A DNA stretch of 64,000 nt from contig CM059432.1 of assembly GCA_030390025.1 (NCBI GenBank), forward strand, positions 36,954,001-37,018,000, given 5' to 3'. The translations under genes were made by a program, and so were the position numbers. This DNA comes from Squalus acanthias (taxonomy: Eukaryota). Below the pieces are notes generated by a model. That model saw only the letters and a list, made by a program, of their open reading frames with translations. It was not told the origin of the DNA and ran no database searches. Shown one piece after another: positions 62,105 to 64,000 of the stretch (position 1 is the first letter of the stretch; each line of letters begins with the position of its first letter).

Positions 62105-63200
62105 AGGAGCTCGCAGAGGGGAGAGAGGAGCTGAGACAGGGGAGAGAGGAGCTCGCAGAGGGGAGAGAGGAGCTGAGACAGGGGAGAGAGGAGCTCGCAG
62201 AGGGGAGAGAGGAGCTGAGACAGGGGAGAGAGGAGCTCGCAGGGGGAGAGAGGAGCTCGCAGGGGGAGAGAGGATCTGAGACAGGGGAGAGAGGATCTCG
62301 CAGGGGGAGAGAGGATCTCGCAGGGGGAGAGAGGAGCTCGCAGAGGGGAGAGAGGATCTCGCAGGGGGAGAGAGGAGCTCAGACAGGGGAGAGAGGAGCT
62401 CGCAGGGGGAGAGAGGAAATCAGACAGGGGAGAGAGGATCTCGCAGGGGGAGCGTGGCGTTTGCACGGGGTAGAGGAGCTCAGAGAGGGGAGCTTGGAGT
62501 TCGAAGAGGGGAGTGAGGAGCTTGGAGAGGGGTGAGAGGATCTCGGAGGGTGGGGAGAATGTCAGGAACTCGGGGTGGGGGTGAGAGGAGCTCGCAGGTG
62601 GAGAGAGGAGCTCGCAGGGGGTGGGGCTTGGAGAGAGGAGCTCACATTGGGGAGAGAGGAGCTCGCAGGGGGAGAGAGGAGCTCGCAGGGGGAGAGAGGA
62701 GCTCGCAGGGGGAGAGAGGAGCTCGCAGGGGGAGAGAGGAGCTCGCAGGGGGAGAGAGGAGCTCGCAGGGGGTGGGGCTTGGAGAGAGGAGCTCACATTG
62801 GGGAGAGAGGAGCTCGCAGGGGGAGAGAGGAGCTCGCAGGGGGTGGGGCTTGGAGAGAGGAGCTCACATTGGGGAGAGAGGAGCTCGCAGGGGGAGAGAG
62901 GAGCTCGCAGGGGGAGAGAGGAGCTCGCAGGGGGAGAGAGGAGCTCGCAGGGGGAGAGAGGAGCTCGCAGGGGGAGAGAGGAGCTCGCAGGGGGTGGGGC
63001 TTGGAGAGAGGAGCTCACATTGGGGAGAGAGGAGCTCGCAGGGGGAGAGAGGAGCTCGCAGGGGGAGAGAGGAGCTCGCAGGGGGTGGGGCTTGGAGAGA
63101 GGAGCTCACATTGGGGAGAGAGGAGCTCACAGGGGGTAGAGGAGCTCGGAGAGGGGATCTTGGAGCTTGAAGAGGGGCACTAGGAGCTCAGAGAGGAGGG
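62105..63200. repeat. G/A-rich minisatellite, 20-bp core gagctcgcagggggagagag with higher-order variants
   Basis: Direct inspection; the variant block ggggtggggcttggagagaggagctcacattggggagagag recurs at least 5 times. Confidence 0.9.
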
Positions 63201-63902
63201 AGAATGTCAGGAACTCGGGGTGGGGGGAAGAAGGTCAGGAACTTGTTGGAGAACAGTGGGGAGAGGGAGGAATGTGATCCAGGTCTAAAGGAGGAGGGAA
63301 TGAGAGCAAGATCGTGATCCAGACGGGAAGATAGATCACGTTCTCCTGCCCCCTGTCAGGCCTGGATCATGTTCTTCCACCCCCACCCCCATCGACTTTT
63401 CACCTGCACCATGTTCTTGCTCTCCTCCCGTTCAACCTACCCCCCACCAAGACCGCAACGGTTCAAGAAGGCAGCTCACTACCACCCTCTCAAGGGCAAC
63501 TAGGGATGGGCAATAAATAAATACATTTAAAAAAAATTAGAGTATATTCTGTGTTGGTCCTACCAATATGCATGACATTACATTTATTTGGTATTTGCTG
63601 GACTCAACTATTCCAATGTTCTCCTGGCCAGCCTCCCATCTTCCACCCTCAATGAACTTGAGCTCATCCAAAATTCTGCTGCACCTATCCTAACACACAG
63701 CAAGTCCCATTCACCCATCAGCCCTGTGCTCGTTGATCTACATGGCTCATGGTCCACCACCAACACATATTAAACCCTTCCTATCTGAACTCGGCAGTTT
63801 GAGCGCTATGAGTGCTCCTAACCTCGGAGGGTGAGCCCTGTCTGTTCTCTGAAAGCAGTAGTGTTAGCACTGTGAGCTCTGGAGCCTGCCTGTGAAAATG
63901 AC

Positions 63903-63983
63903 TTGATTACTCCAGCAGGCAGGATCAAATTACACATTGCAAAGATCTTGATGACTCCAGCAGGCAGGATCAAATTACACATT
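63903..63983. repeat. 36-bp direct repeat x2
   Basis: ttgat(t/g)actccagcaggcaggatcaaattacacatt at 63903 and 63948. Confidence 0.75.
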
Positions 63984-64000
63984 CCAGACAAACTGTTGGG

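Noticed and set aside
62095..63183. Long overlapping ORFs on both strands
   Set aside because: They are translations of a stop-free minisatellite.

Overview
Eukaryotic genomic DNA, most likely from a cartilaginous fish (shark or ray; inferred from the repeat families), and mostly transposon-derived. It holds many decayed CR1-clade LINEs (two near full length, 41733-44925 and 56714-59508), L2-type LINEs, a second CR1/L2-group LINE family, Deu-domain tRNA-derived SINEs and Penelope-like elements (RT plus GIY-YIG) whose tails carry minimal hammerhead-ribozyme motifs. It also holds a small hAT-type MITE family with 8-bp target-site duplications (TSDs) and two minisatellites. The most structured object is a ~4.1-kb PIF/Harbinger DNA transposon at ~45807-49904. 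It has a HARBI1-like DDE nuclease gene on + converging on a three-exon Myb/SANT-like gene on -, both inactivated, and related non-autonomous elements lie nearby (52700-54468, with a nested MITE at 53293-54043). Host-gene signal is limited to a housekeeping-type promoter with a ZNF143/THAP11 motif (~38340-38540) and two candidate minus-strand 5' exons. No intact host CDS could be identified, and most ORFs in the track are repeat fragments or spurious. The systems found belong to known classes; any novelty would be at family level. Repeat boundaries were placed by eye and are approximate unless a TSD or TIR is cited.
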